Shown: one piece after another, positions 1 to 8,149 of the stretch
Position numbering within the stretch: the first letter of the stretch is position 1
Layout: each line of letters opens with the position of its first letter
Source: a virus
Length of the DNA stretch: 34,612 nt
Strand: one strand, 5' to 3'
Virus genome (UHGV): UHGV-0271976
Made by a program: the position numbers and the translations under genes
Notes under the pieces: model-generated
Seen by the model: only the letters and a program-made list of their open reading frames with translations
What the model was told of the DNA's origin: nothing
Database searches by the model: none

Positions 1-1
1 G

Positions 2-283
2 TCTTTCGCTCTGGGAGCGCCTCCCTCCAATGGAGAGGAATCGACTACCGTCGGACATGGCGGCGACAACAAGATTGAGGGGTATCTTCACTTCTGGTAT
101 CAGAACGACGTGGGTACTATCTATCTGGTCGGAACGGCGCATGGCGCCTTGCGCCTCCTGCAGGATCCCGAACACACCACGGCGATTGCTTCACCCCAGT
201 TCGAGTTCGAGATGGATTATCGCGGCAAGTACCAGTTCACGCCCTCCAATGTGCAGGACGAGACGCCGGCGCCGGGTTCCTGA
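2..283 (+). CDS. 3' end of an upstream structural (tail/baseplate-like) gene, 5'-truncated by the window edge
   Basis: Frame-2 reading is open from the window start to TGA at 281-283. It shows GC3-rich, protein-like sequence (...GHGGDNKIEGYLHFWYQNDVGTIYLVGTAHGALRLL...). The ORF-track entry 30..356 in another frame looks spurious. Confidence 0.35.
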   Translation, partial: SFALGAPPSNGEESTTVGHGGDNKIEGYLHFWYQNDVGTIYLVGTAHGALRLLQDPEHTTAIASPQFEFEMDYRGKYQFTPSNVQDETPAPGS

Positions 284-295
284 CGCGTTTCACCA

Positions 296-330
296 GGGGG
301 CGCGCTGCGCCCCCGCATCCTCTTTTTTTT
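296..330 (+). terminator. Rho-independent terminator after the upstream tail gene
   Basis: An 8-bp GC stem GGGGGCGC/GCGCCCCC (296-303/308-315) with a 3-nt loop is followed by a T9 run at 322-330. Confidence 0.5.
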
Positions 331-390
331 CTCAGGCAGCAGGCAGGCACATATGATATACGGACAGTCACAGGGCTCAACCAGTCCCTC

Positions 391-1968
391 GTGATCCGTA
401 TTCTGGACTTCCATGGCGACCCAGTTGATATGACAGGGGTGACGCTTCGGGGGGCTATCCGTCTCAAAAGCGGCATCACGGAATTTGGATATTCCACGGA
501 TGATGACGGCAATGGCGTGATCTCCTGGGAATCTGTCCCTCCCGGCGCCTGGGCCTACGATGTTTTTATGGACAGAAATGGAGATGAATCTCCCCTTCTG
601 CGCGGATGTTTCGTTTCAGCCGGACGCGTGACTCCTGACTTGCCTGGCGAAAAACAAGCGATTGCCGGCGCCGTCATTGTCAATCTGCCCGATGGAAACG
701 GATGCGTCAACGTACTGTTGGGAGGAGACTCCTCTGCCGCCTATTACGCGGAGCAGGCCAAAGAGGCCAGCAACGAAGCTCAACAGTCCAAGGAAGACAG
801 CCAGAAGGCGGCGGAAAACGCCGGCCAATCCGCAGAATCCGCAGAAGATGCTGCCAAACGGGCCGAAGACGTTCTTGCTGCTATGCCTGAAATAGATGCC
901 GAGGGCAATATGACCCTCCAGGGCAATCTGGCGGCCAAAGGAGCTGTGTTTACCGAGCTAGTTACATGCGGAAAAGGGCTTTCTCTTCCCGGCGGGGAGA
1001 GAATTACATTAAGTAATGGGGGAGCAACAATTTTCGCAAATGAAAACAACGCTACCATACACGTCCCCTCCCTTGCTTCTGCAGGAGAAATATCCGGCAA
1101 TGCCGTAAATTGTAACAGGGTTGCTGCTTCTACTTTATCCATCAGCACGGCGGCTACTTTTGGAGGCACGATTAACGCCAACGGGGGTGTCAATATTCCA
1201 GTAGTGCCATCCACTGACACGGAGGCGGCCAGATACAAGGAGGTACAACTACTCAATGAAATGGAGTTTTCTCCCTTGAGAACCTATTTCAGTTCTTCCA
1301 ATCCTTTTTCCTGGGGAATACTTGTAGACCGGTTTTGGTGGGCTGCCGGGCGAGACAACATGCCGGCATGGACTGTGGTCACGGCTGATTTTAATATGCT
1401 TAATCTCGACAATAACAATTCAGCTTACGACGGCTTGACCAGTTGTTATTTCCCAATGTCCTGCGGTCTGGGATATGGCCGGTGCTTTGATTCGATCGCC
1501 ATAGGCAATACTTATTTCAATACGGATTACGCGAGCCTGGATGATGATCCGTTTACCACGCCCGCAGGTTACATGCGGTACTGGATCGATATACAGATAG
1601 GCCGTCCGGCTAATGGCCAATGTGCCGTGTCTGTCCGCATGTCCCGGTGGGATAATGCGTCCAGTACTGCCGTCAATACCACCCACCAGTGTTCCGTGCC
1701 CGACAGCCTTGCCTTGCGGGGAGTGGCTTTGTCCATGACGAGTAAGCATTCCGGTGTCTGGCTGGTTGGGTTTGATAAAAGCGCCGGGCGTCTTGTTTCC
1801 TACAAGATTCTACCGGAGACATTTACGTTGGATTCTTATGCCAGAGCGATGTCCAGCAGGCTGTCACTGGCAAAGACGGCGGGACATTGTTCTGTCGGGG
1901 TGCATGCACCCAATTATTATGGAGGAACTATCGTTGGTGAATGGTGCGAACTGATCCAGAGAAATTAA
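391..1968 (+). CDS. Tail fibre-like / receptor-binding protein
   Basis: This 525-aa protein has a GTG start. Its N-terminal region holds an Ala/Glu/Gln/Ser-rich coiled segment (AYYAEQAKEASNEAQQSKEDSQKAAENAGQSAESAEDAAKRAEDVL). A Gly/Asn/Thr-rich beta-rich region follows (TLQGNLAAKG...GGATIFANENNATIHV...), as is typical of phage fibres. It lies downstream of the tail gene end. Confidence 0.5.
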   Translation: MIRILDFHGDPVDMTGVTLRGAIRLKSGITEFGYSTDDDGNGVISWESVPPGAWAYDVFMDRNGDESPLLRGCFVSAGRVTPDLPGEKQAIAGAVIVNLPDGNGCVNVLLGGDSSAAYYAEQAKEASNEAQQSKEDSQKAAENAGQSAESAEDAAKRAEDVLAAMPEIDAEGNMTLQGNLAAKGAVFTELVTCGKGLSLPGGERITLSNGGATIFANENNATIHVPSLASAGEISGNAVNCNRVAASTLSISTAATFGGTINANGGVNIPVVPSTDTEAARYKEVQLLNEMEFSPLRTYFSSSNPFSWGILVDRFWWAAGRDNMPAWTVVTADFNMLNLDNNNSAYDGLTSCYFPMSCGLGYGRCFDSIAIGNTYFNTDYASLDDDPFTTPAGYMRYWIDIQIGRPANGQCAVSVRMSRWDNASSTAVNTTHQCSVPDSLALRGVALSMTSKHSGVWLVGFDKSAGRLVSYKILPETFTLDSYARAMSSRLSLAKTAGHCSVGVHAPNYYGGTIVGEWCELIQRN

Positions 1969-1981
1969 CCGATTAACAATT

Positions 1982-2401
1982 ATGGATAATACCCAAATAC
2001 AGATACAGTTTCCTTCTCCCGGCGCGTGGGACAAGTTCACGATGACCGCTGTTTTTCCAGATAAGGACGGATACACTCATAGGGACAACTACACCCAAGA
2101 CGATATCCCCGCCGACCAGGCTCCGGCTATGTCCGCCGTGGTGGCCGCGCTAGTGGGCATGGGAGAGGACTGGCAGGCGTCCCAGGTATGGGCGCATTTG
2201 ATGACAGCTACCATCTACGGCGAGGATGATCCTTACACCCCCGTCGGGCATCAGGATGAGATTGCGCTGGATGTCGAGGCCATCAATGCTCAGGGAGGAC
2301 GGCGGATATTCACAGTCCGCGACTATCCGGAATTTGTCATCACAGACCCTGCCGCCGTGGCGTTCTTCAAACATTTTACCAAAACACAAAACAATGACTA
2401 A
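1982..2401 (+). CDS. Hypothetical acidic protein; possibly a tail-fibre accessory or assembly protein
   Basis: The 139-aa ORF sits directly after the fibre gene and has GC3-rich codon usage. I recognise no motif. Confidence 0.3.
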   Translation: MDNTQIQIQFPSPGAWDKFTMTAVFPDKDGYTHRDNYTQDDIPADQAPAMSAVVAALVGMGEDWQASQVWAHLMTATIYGEDDPYTPVGHQDEIALDVEAINAQGGRRIFTVRDYPEFVITDPAAVAFFKHFTKTQNND

Positions 2402-2858
2402 CAAAAATCAATGCAATCATGCCGAGGCTATCGCCAGAGAAATGCACATGTACTATGCAGCCCAGGCACACAATGAGTCCAACACTCCAATCCCTCACTG
2501 GGCAGACCTGACGGAAAACGAACAACAAGGATGGATTGCCGTAGCAAATACTGCCCTCCCGATCATCGGTAAGCATGCGCTGGAAGATGTTCGGGCCTAT
2601 CTCGGCCTCAAGGCTTCCGGCGCGTCCACTTGGTGGAAAAAGGCCCTATATGCAGCCGGAGCGGTTATCGCTGGCGCCATCCTTGGCGGCTTGGGAATGT
2701 CCCTCTCCGGCTGCGGTCATTCCGTGGACGTGACGCCGGAAAAGACGGTGGTCTGTAAGGACGGCTCCTGCCTGGTGCTGGAACCAGGGCATATCTCCTA
2801 CAGTCAGGCCCAGCCGGAAACGGATGTTCCGCCCATCGTGCAAACCATCAAGAAATAA
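2394..2858 (+). CDS. Single-pass membrane protein; holin/antiholin-like candidate
   Basis: The likely start is the ATG at 2394 (MTNKNQ...), overlapping the stop of the previous gene. There is one hydrophobic helix (ALYAAGAVIAGAILGGLGMSL) and the gene heads a lysis-type block. Confidence 0.35.
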   Translation: MTNKNQCNHAEAIAREMHMYYAAQAHNESNTPIPHWADLTENEQQGWIAVANTALPIIGKHALEDVRAYLGLKASGASTWWKKALYAAGAVIAGAILGGLGMSLSGCGHSVDVTPEKTVVCKDGSCLVLEPGHISYSQAQPETDVPPIVQTIKK

Positions 2859-2862
2859 GGCC

Positions 2863-3114
2863 ATGTGTAAGCTCTCCGAAGTACCGGCCCGTTTCTTCGA
2901 CTTCGCCAAGGCTTTCCCCGCCTGGGCCTGCGTCATGCTCTCGCTGGCCATTTGCGGCGCTGCCTGCTGGTACATCGGGGACGTCATGGGTCACCACAAT
3001 GACCGCCTTTGTGATTTGATGACCATGCAGACACAAGTCCAGGTGGAGACCGCCAAGGCGATCCAACTGCTTGCCGTCCGAATCGAAAACATAGAAAAGA
3101 AACTGGAAAAGTGA
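2863..3114 (+). CDS. i-spanin-like (Rz-like) protein
   Basis: An N-terminal TM segment (AWACVMLSLAICGAACWYIG) is followed by a coiled-coil tail (QTQVQVETAKAIQLLAVRIENIEKKLEK). Its stop overlaps the start of the next small lipoprotein ORF. An alternative start lies at 2824. Confidence 0.35.
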   Translation: MCKLSEVPARFFDFAKAFPAWACVMLSLAICGAACWYIGDVMGHHNDRLCDLMTMQTQVQVETAKAIQLLAVRIENIEKKLEK

Positions 3115-3263
3115 ATAAGCTGCTGAATCCTTCCGTTCTTTTGCCGCTGATGGGGTGCGTGATGGCCGGCGTTTTTGCCGCTTGCGGAGACACGGCGGCG
3201 GGCATTGCCGCGTTCTGTTTCCCCATTGCGTGCCTTGTGATCCTCCGATGTGCGGAAAGCTGA
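3111..3263 (+). CDS. o-spanin-like (Rz1-like) small lipoprotein; not in the ORF track
   Basis: GTG at 3111-3113 overlaps the i-spanin TGA at 3112-3114. The 50-aa product is VNKLLNPSVLLPLMGCVMAGVFAACGDTAAGIAAFCFPIACLVILRCAES. It has a signal-like N-terminus, a lipobox-like LMGC or FAAC, and is Cys-rich. Confidence 0.3.
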   Translation: MNKLLNPSVLLPLMGCVMAGVFAACGDTAAGIAAFCFPIACLVILRCAES

Positions 3264-3334
3264 CCAACTGTAAAGTTTTTCTTACAAGTTCCACTATATT
3301 AACAATCAACCATTAAAGGAGAATAATCAGGAAA

Positions 3335-3859
3335 ATAGCTATTGATATAGGCCATGCCAACAACACCGGGGCCCGCGGGAACGGGCTTGAAGAACACGCC
3401 GTCGCGGCGACGATCGCCGAACGCCTCGCCCCCATGCTGGAACGGCTGGGAGCCCGGGTGGATGTGATCGACTTCCCGAAGATGACCAATTCCCAGGACT
3501 TGAACGCCACCGTCAAGGCCGCCAACGAAGGCGGCTATGACTTCGGAATTTCATTGCATTGCGATTCGTCCGACAATCCCCAGGCTCATGGCGCTCATGT
3601 ATGTTTCTACCCGGGAAGCGTCAAAGGAAGCCGGTTGGCCATATGCATCGCGGAACCTCTTGCCTGGCTGCTGCCCGGACGGGCCAACACCGTGCAGTCG
3701 CGTCCGGGACTGGCCGTCCTGAAAAAGACCCGCTGTCCGTGGGTGCTGTGCGAATGTGGATTCATCACCAATCCTGAAAACGCCTCTATTTTGAAGGACC
3801 ATCCAGGACGCGTTGCCGAAGCCATTGCGGAAGGGGTGAAGGACTATATCAACCAGTAA
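3335..3859 (+). CDS. N-acetylmuramoyl-L-alanine amidase (Amidase_3 family endolysin); start codon uncertain
   Basis: In-frame translation from 3317 gives ...KIAIDIGHANNTGARGNGLEEHAVAATIAERL...ISLHCDSSDN...CECGFITNPEN. This matches the Amidase_3 zinc-ligand motifs. The first ATG (3434) lies downstream of the catalytic His, so a non-canonical start (ATA 3335, ATC 3326 or ATT 3341) is required. An AAAGGAG SD-like sequence sits at 3314-3320. Confidence 0.75.
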   Translation: MAIDIGHANNTGARGNGLEEHAVAATIAERLAPMLERLGARVDVIDFPKMTNSQDLNATVKAANEGGYDFGISLHCDSSDNPQAHGAHVCFYPGSVKGSRLAICIAEPLAWLLPGRANTVQSRPGLAVLKKTRCPWVLCECGFITNPENASILKDHPGRVAEAIAEGVKDYINQ

Positions 3860-3865
3860 CCGCCC

Positions 3866-5380
3866 ATGACTTACCAGGCCCCCTACGCGGCGCGCTACGT
3901 TTCCGCCGCCGGCAACCAGATCCAGCTGCTCAACCTCTGGGACGATACGCCGGAGCCTCCCCGCTTCGGCGGATCCATGGAGGCATTTGAAACGTCGCTG
4001 GTAGACGGACCGCGAGCGTTCGCGCAGGGGCTGGGAAGCGCCGTGGAGCAGCGCACCATCGCGTTTTACCGCTGGTTTACGGATTATCACGACATGGCTT
4101 CCTGGCAGGAGAACCTGGCGTTGTGGCTGGCCAGCAACCAGAACGGCTATCTGTACCTGCAGTTCTCCGACCAGCCGCAATGGCGTTTTGCCGCCGTCAT
4201 CACCGGCTACCAGTTTGAGACGGAGAACTTTGTTCCTCCGCCGTCTCCCGAAGACGGCTATCTGTGCCTGCTGGTCACGCTGACCATGACGGTCACCGAC
4301 CGGACCCCGGACAATTCCAACTGGATATTCAGCGTGACGCCCTCTTCTTTCGACGTTCCCGTCAAGGGAGGCGAATACACCATTAATGTGGAATCGTCGT
4401 TCAGCCCTGGACCGGTAGGGCAGGGGTGGCAGATTGCCGACGTTTCCGAAGGATTAACCGTTTCCGATATCGTCAACGGCAACAACGGGACATTTAAGGT
4501 TATCGTCGCGGCCAATGAAGGAGACCAGGACAGGACCATGTCGCTCCAGGTCATTCAGGACGGAACAGGACAGACTGTTGAGGTTGAATTTCGTCAGCTT
4601 CAACCCTCTTACTCCTTCAACCTTGCTCCAACCCAGGTACAGGTTCCCGTTACTGGCGGAAGCTACCAGGTCCAGGTGACTTCCTATTATGACCCGGGGG
4701 AAGTCAGCGTTGACTGGACGCCCAATTCTCCCAGCTCTTCCGTTGTCATCTCCGATATCACGAACGGAAATAACGGGTCCTTCACGTTAACCGTGGCCCC
4801 CAATAAAGGAGCGGCCGGCTCCGTCGTCGTTTCCGTGACACAGGCGGATTCCGGGTTAAAACAGACAATCCGCGTATTGAGGGCAGGACTGGTCACCCGA
4901 AATCATCAGCTTCCCCCGCCCGGAGGGGAATACTCGGATAATCCGATGAGTTATTCCTCATGGAGGTTTATTCCCTCGGACGTTTATCCGGACTTCCCGG
5001 AAGGCAACCCCGAAGGAAAGGGACTGACGCTGCAGGAAATCATCACGACGAAACCCACCAGCGTCAATTCCGGCACGTTAACGCTTTGCCGGGTGGAAAA
5101 CGGGTCTGACTCTCTTCTGGCGACCAGCAGCGAGGCGGTTTTCACCGGAGAGGGCGGAAACGCGAAATGGACGTTTTCTCCCGGCGTGGAAATCCGTTCG
5201 GACTGGCAGCTGGTCGTGGAAAACCAGAACAGCATTTATGAGCGGCATGCCATGCTGGCCAATCCGCAGGCGTTTGACGGCCTCGGAAATGCCATCTACC
5301 CCATGCCGGCGGACGCTCCCGGGCGCACGTTCGGATTATCCCTCGTCATCCGCTACACTTCCATCGAATACCCATCTTAA
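3866..5380 (+). CDS. Tail protein with two tandem Ig-like/BACON-like beta-sandwich repeats (Dit-like N-terminus?)
   Basis: This 504-aa protein has two ~95-aa internal repeats (F.V.P...VPV.GG.Y...V.S...PG.V...W...S..L.VSDI.NGNNG.F...VA.N.G). Its N-terminal ~150 aa resembles distal tail protein starts. This is a weak, pattern-level call. Confidence 0.4.
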   Translation: MTYQAPYAARYVSAAGNQIQLLNLWDDTPEPPRFGGSMEAFETSLVDGPRAFAQGLGSAVEQRTIAFYRWFTDYHDMASWQENLALWLASNQNGYLYLQFSDQPQWRFAAVITGYQFETENFVPPPSPEDGYLCLLVTLTMTVTDRTPDNSNWIFSVTPSSFDVPVKGGEYTINVESSFSPGPVGQGWQIADVSEGLTVSDIVNGNNGTFKVIVAANEGDQDRTMSLQVIQDGTGQTVEVEFRQLQPSYSFNLAPTQVQVPVTGGSYQVQVTSYYDPGEVSVDWTPNSPSSSVVISDITNGNNGSFTLTVAPNKGAAGSVVVSVTQADSGLKQTIRVLRAGLVTRNHQLPPPGGEYSDNPMSYSSWRFIPSDVYPDFPEGNPEGKGLTLQEIITTKPTSVNSGTLTLCRVENGSDSLLATSSEAVFTGEGGNAKWTFSPGVEIRSDWQLVVENQNSIYERHAMLANPQAFDGLGNAIYPMPADAPGRTFGLSLVIRYTSIEYPS

Positions 5381-5394
5381 CAGAATAATCCATC

Positions 5395-5676
5395 ATGAAC
5401 GAACAACAACAAAACGGAATAGAACGGCTTTTCATTGAATTCGCCGAAGAGTGCGGCAAGAACCCGAACCTGAACCAGGCGGCGCAGGAATTGAAGGAAA
5501 GCGTCTTTGCTGCCTCTCAAGCCGCCGGCGTTGATCCCTCCCATGCCTTCGGCGTCATCATCCGGGATATGATGCTCCTGGAATCCTTGCAGAAACGCGT
5601 GGAAGAATCCCGCAACGCCCTCACCGCCGGGAAACTGCCCGCTTTCGTCATCGAGGAAGCCCGCGCTCAACGATAA
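5395..5676 (+). CDS. Hypothetical small protein (position of a tail assembly chaperone)
   Basis: The 93-aa ORF sits directly upstream of the tape-measure-like gene. I recognise no motif. Confidence 0.3.
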   Translation: MNEQQQNGIERLFIEFAEECGKNPNLNQAAQELKESVFAASQAAGVDPSHAFGVIIRDMMLLESLQKRVEESRNALTAGKLPAFVIEEARAQR

Positions 5677-5694
5677 CCCTCCACCTTTACCACC

Positions 5695-7563
5695 ATGGCC
5701 ACCAAGAAAGAAATTGAAATCAAACTCAAGTCCACGCTGGACGGAAAAGGCGTGGAAGAAGCCAAACAGCAGATCGACGCGCTGAACAAGTCTACGGAGC
5801 AGTTGGATAAAAACAGCAAGCAGGCAACCAGGAGCGTGAAGAACATGGGGCAGGGGGCCTTGCAGGCTGCCTATTTCTTCGATGACTTGCAGTACGGCAT
5901 CCGGGGCATCATGAACAACATTCCCGGGCTGGTGATGGGATTCGGAGGCGGCGCAGGTCTGGCCGGCGCAATGTCGCTTGCCGTTCTGGCCGGGGCGAAG
6001 CTTTACGAATGGATGGGAAAAACGGAAGACAAGTCGGCGGATCTCGCCAAAAAAATGAAGGAGCATAGCAAAGAGATTGCCGAAGCTTCTCGTCAATCTA
6101 TCCGGGCAAGTTATCAGGCTTTGCAGGAATTCAACCAGCAAGAACGCACCAAGACCATTAACGAAGAGTATCAAAACTATGTAAAGGACATTACCCGGGA
6201 GTTTGAATATCAGACGGAAGAGCTCGAAAAACAAATTCGCTTGAGACGGGAGGAAGCGGCCCGCCAGAAAGGCGTTGATACACGCCAGGCGGAACTTGAC
6301 CGCGTCAACTTGAAGAATGACTACCAGGAAGGAAGAATCACCAAGAGGCAGCGAGATTACGGCTTGATGATGGTTGATCAGAATCTGGACCAGAAAATCA
6401 GACAGCGTGATTTAGGCGTGGAGCAGGCTAATTACATGGATATTGGCAAACAGCTTTCGGAGGCAGTCAAGGCCCGAGATGCTGCGGAAGCTCATGCTTT
6501 TGATATGCAGCTCAAACAAGGGAGCCTTCCTTCTCTTCAAAATATTATTGGACTTTTACAGCAGCAAGAACGTGCTCAACGGAGTATCGATGAGATAAAT
6601 GAAAAATTACCCGAAATACAAAAAGCAATACAAAGAAGAGAAATAGGAGTGGAATATGCCCCAAATGCCACTCGACGTGAGGACGCTCAACGATACTTAA
6701 TTCAAGCACAAGAGGAAAATCAACGTCTTTTAGTTGCTCGTACAGCAGCGCAAGAAGAATTAAATGCTGCCCAATCTGGATTGGGAGAATTTCAGGAGTC
6801 ATTGAGATCCGGCGGCGTAAATCTTGAATTCGACTATAGCCAAGGATCTGATATAAACAGTCGCTTTAAACAAGCATCAGTTGCAGTAGAAGAGTTTAAG
6901 AAGAATACGGACGCCGCGAAAAAACAGTTTGATGATTTAACGGAGAAAGCCGGTTCTTTGGGGGATGCAATGGCTTCGACCGAAGCATCTATCAAAAACA
7001 TGGAACAAATCGACGCTATTCAAAACCAAATAGACGCCGGCAAGGTTAAATCATTTAACATGCAAAGAGACAGGGAAGAAGCAGAGGAAGCCCGAATAAA
7101 TGAAGAAAAAATAAAGAAGGCTCGTGAACGGGCCGAAAGGGAGGCTCAAAAGCAGACCGCCGAGAGGCAGCAGGCGATGATCCGTGGCATTACCCTTGAA
7201 GGCGTTCCCGAGCATCCTACCGCCCAGCAACGCGCCCGGATTGCGGCTGCCCGCGAAGCTTTGAATGCAGGGAAGAAACGCCTTGCGGAAAGCATTTCTG
7301 ACAAAGATACGGAAATCGACCCCAGCGAGATTCAAGGGGCGTTTGACGTGATGGAAAACGTATTGAGAGAAAGCGGACAATACACTAAAAAATTGATGGA
7401 TTATTTGAAAACCATAGCAACAGCACAGACCGCCAATGTAAATGCCATTCAAGCAGATACGAAAAAATATGTAGATGCTAAATTCGAGGAAATCTTGAAG
7501 ATAGTGCAGAAGGGCAACGGAAGATTGCAAACAGGGATAAACAGGATTGCCGGAGGCTTTTAA
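5695..7563 (+). CDS. Tape-measure-like protein (long coiled coil with a Gly-rich hydrophobic segment)
   Basis: This 622-aa protein has a hydrophobic Gly-rich stretch (GLVMGFGGGAGLAGAMSLAVLAG) followed by an extended charged coiled coil. The middle third (~6480-7130) is markedly lower in GC than its flanks. Confidence 0.45.
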   Translation: MATKKEIEIKLKSTLDGKGVEEAKQQIDALNKSTEQLDKNSKQATRSVKNMGQGALQAAYFFDDLQYGIRGIMNNIPGLVMGFGGGAGLAGAMSLAVLAGAKLYEWMGKTEDKSADLAKKMKEHSKEIAEASRQSIRASYQALQEFNQQERTKTINEEYQNYVKDITREFEYQTEELEKQIRLRREEAARQKGVDTRQAELDRVNLKNDYQEGRITKRQRDYGLMMVDQNLDQKIRQRDLGVEQANYMDIGKQLSEAVKARDAAEAHAFDMQLKQGSLPSLQNIIGLLQQQERAQRSIDEINEKLPEIQKAIQRREIGVEYAPNATRREDAQRYLIQAQEENQRLLVARTAAQEELNAAQSGLGEFQESLRSGGVNLEFDYSQGSDINSRFKQASVAVEEFKKNTDAAKKQFDDLTEKAGSLGDAMASTEASIKNMEQIDAIQNQIDAGKVKSFNMQRDREEAEEARINEEKIKKARERAEREAQKQTAERQQAMIRGITLEGVPEHPTAQQRARIAAAREALNAGKKRLAESISDKDTEIDPSEIQGAFDVMENVLRESGQYTKKLMDYLKTIATAQTANVNAIQADTKKYVDAKFEEILKIVQKGNGRLQTGINRIAGGF

Positions 7564-7609
7564 CAGCTTTTAGGCTTGCACTAATGCCGGTTTATAGCAC
7601 CATACCACT

Positions 7610-8098
7610 ATGGCTAATTATTACGTCGCTTCCAACTCAAACAATGCTGAGGGCCCCTACTCTTTTGAAGAACTTGAAGCCTTGTACAAGGAAGGGAAAA
7701 TCTTTTCAGAAACTCTTGTTTGCCCTGAAGGAGGTCAGGAGTGGCTATCCTTTGGAAGGATTTATCATCTGACCAAAAACACCAACAGAAAATCAGAAGA
7801 AAAAGAAACGGAGCGGCAACAAAAGAAACGATTTGTTGAATTTATTTTAGATGAGAGAGAGAAAAAACCTGCTTGGGTGAATGAGCAAGAGCCTCTAAAA
7901 ATTACAGTAGAGGGGTTGTTTCAAGTAGTGGGAGCAATGACGATTATTGCTGGTATTGTATTATTTTTAATCAATTTTTATCATCATCAGTTTCCACTAG
8001 CCTTCATCTATTTGTTATCAGGTGCCTTCTCCTGCCTTGGCTGCTTCTGGTTCGCGAAGGTTCTGACGTTGCTCCAAAAGATCGCCGATAAGAAATAA
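7610..8098 (+). CDS. DUF4339/GYF-like domain membrane protein; moron and superinfection-exclusion-type candidate
   Basis: The N-terminus (YYVASNSNNAEGPYSFEELEALYKEGKIFSETLVCPEGGQEWLSFGRIYHL) matches the DUF4339 pattern. Two hydrophobic helices follow. The ~40% GC is well below the ~60% flanks, and the gene is inserted between tail genes. Confidence 0.5.
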   Translation: MANYYVASNSNNAEGPYSFEELEALYKEGKIFSETLVCPEGGQEWLSFGRIYHLTKNTNRKSEEKETERQQKKRFVEFILDEREKKPAWVNEQEPLKITVEGLFQVVGAMTIIAGIVLFLINFYHHQFPLAFIYLLSGAFSCLGCFWFAKVLTLLQKIADKK

Positions 8099-8149
8099 AC
8101 AACTAACCATTTTACAAGCAGCAGGAACCACGACATCACCATCAATGAC

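Noticed and set aside
30-356. 108-aa ORF at the window start
   Set aside because: The convincing coding signal is in frame 2 (2..283) as the 3' end of the upstream gene. The 30..356 ORF overlaps it and runs through the terminator hairpin.
5377-6234. Long antisense ORFs inside GC-rich genes, including 5377..6234, 8909..9718, 10322..11035, 11189..12154, 16746..17762, 19068..19970, 31470..32531 and 33238..34032
   Set aside because: These are typical stop-poor antisense frames in high-GC coding DNA. Their sense partners carry the recognisable motifs.
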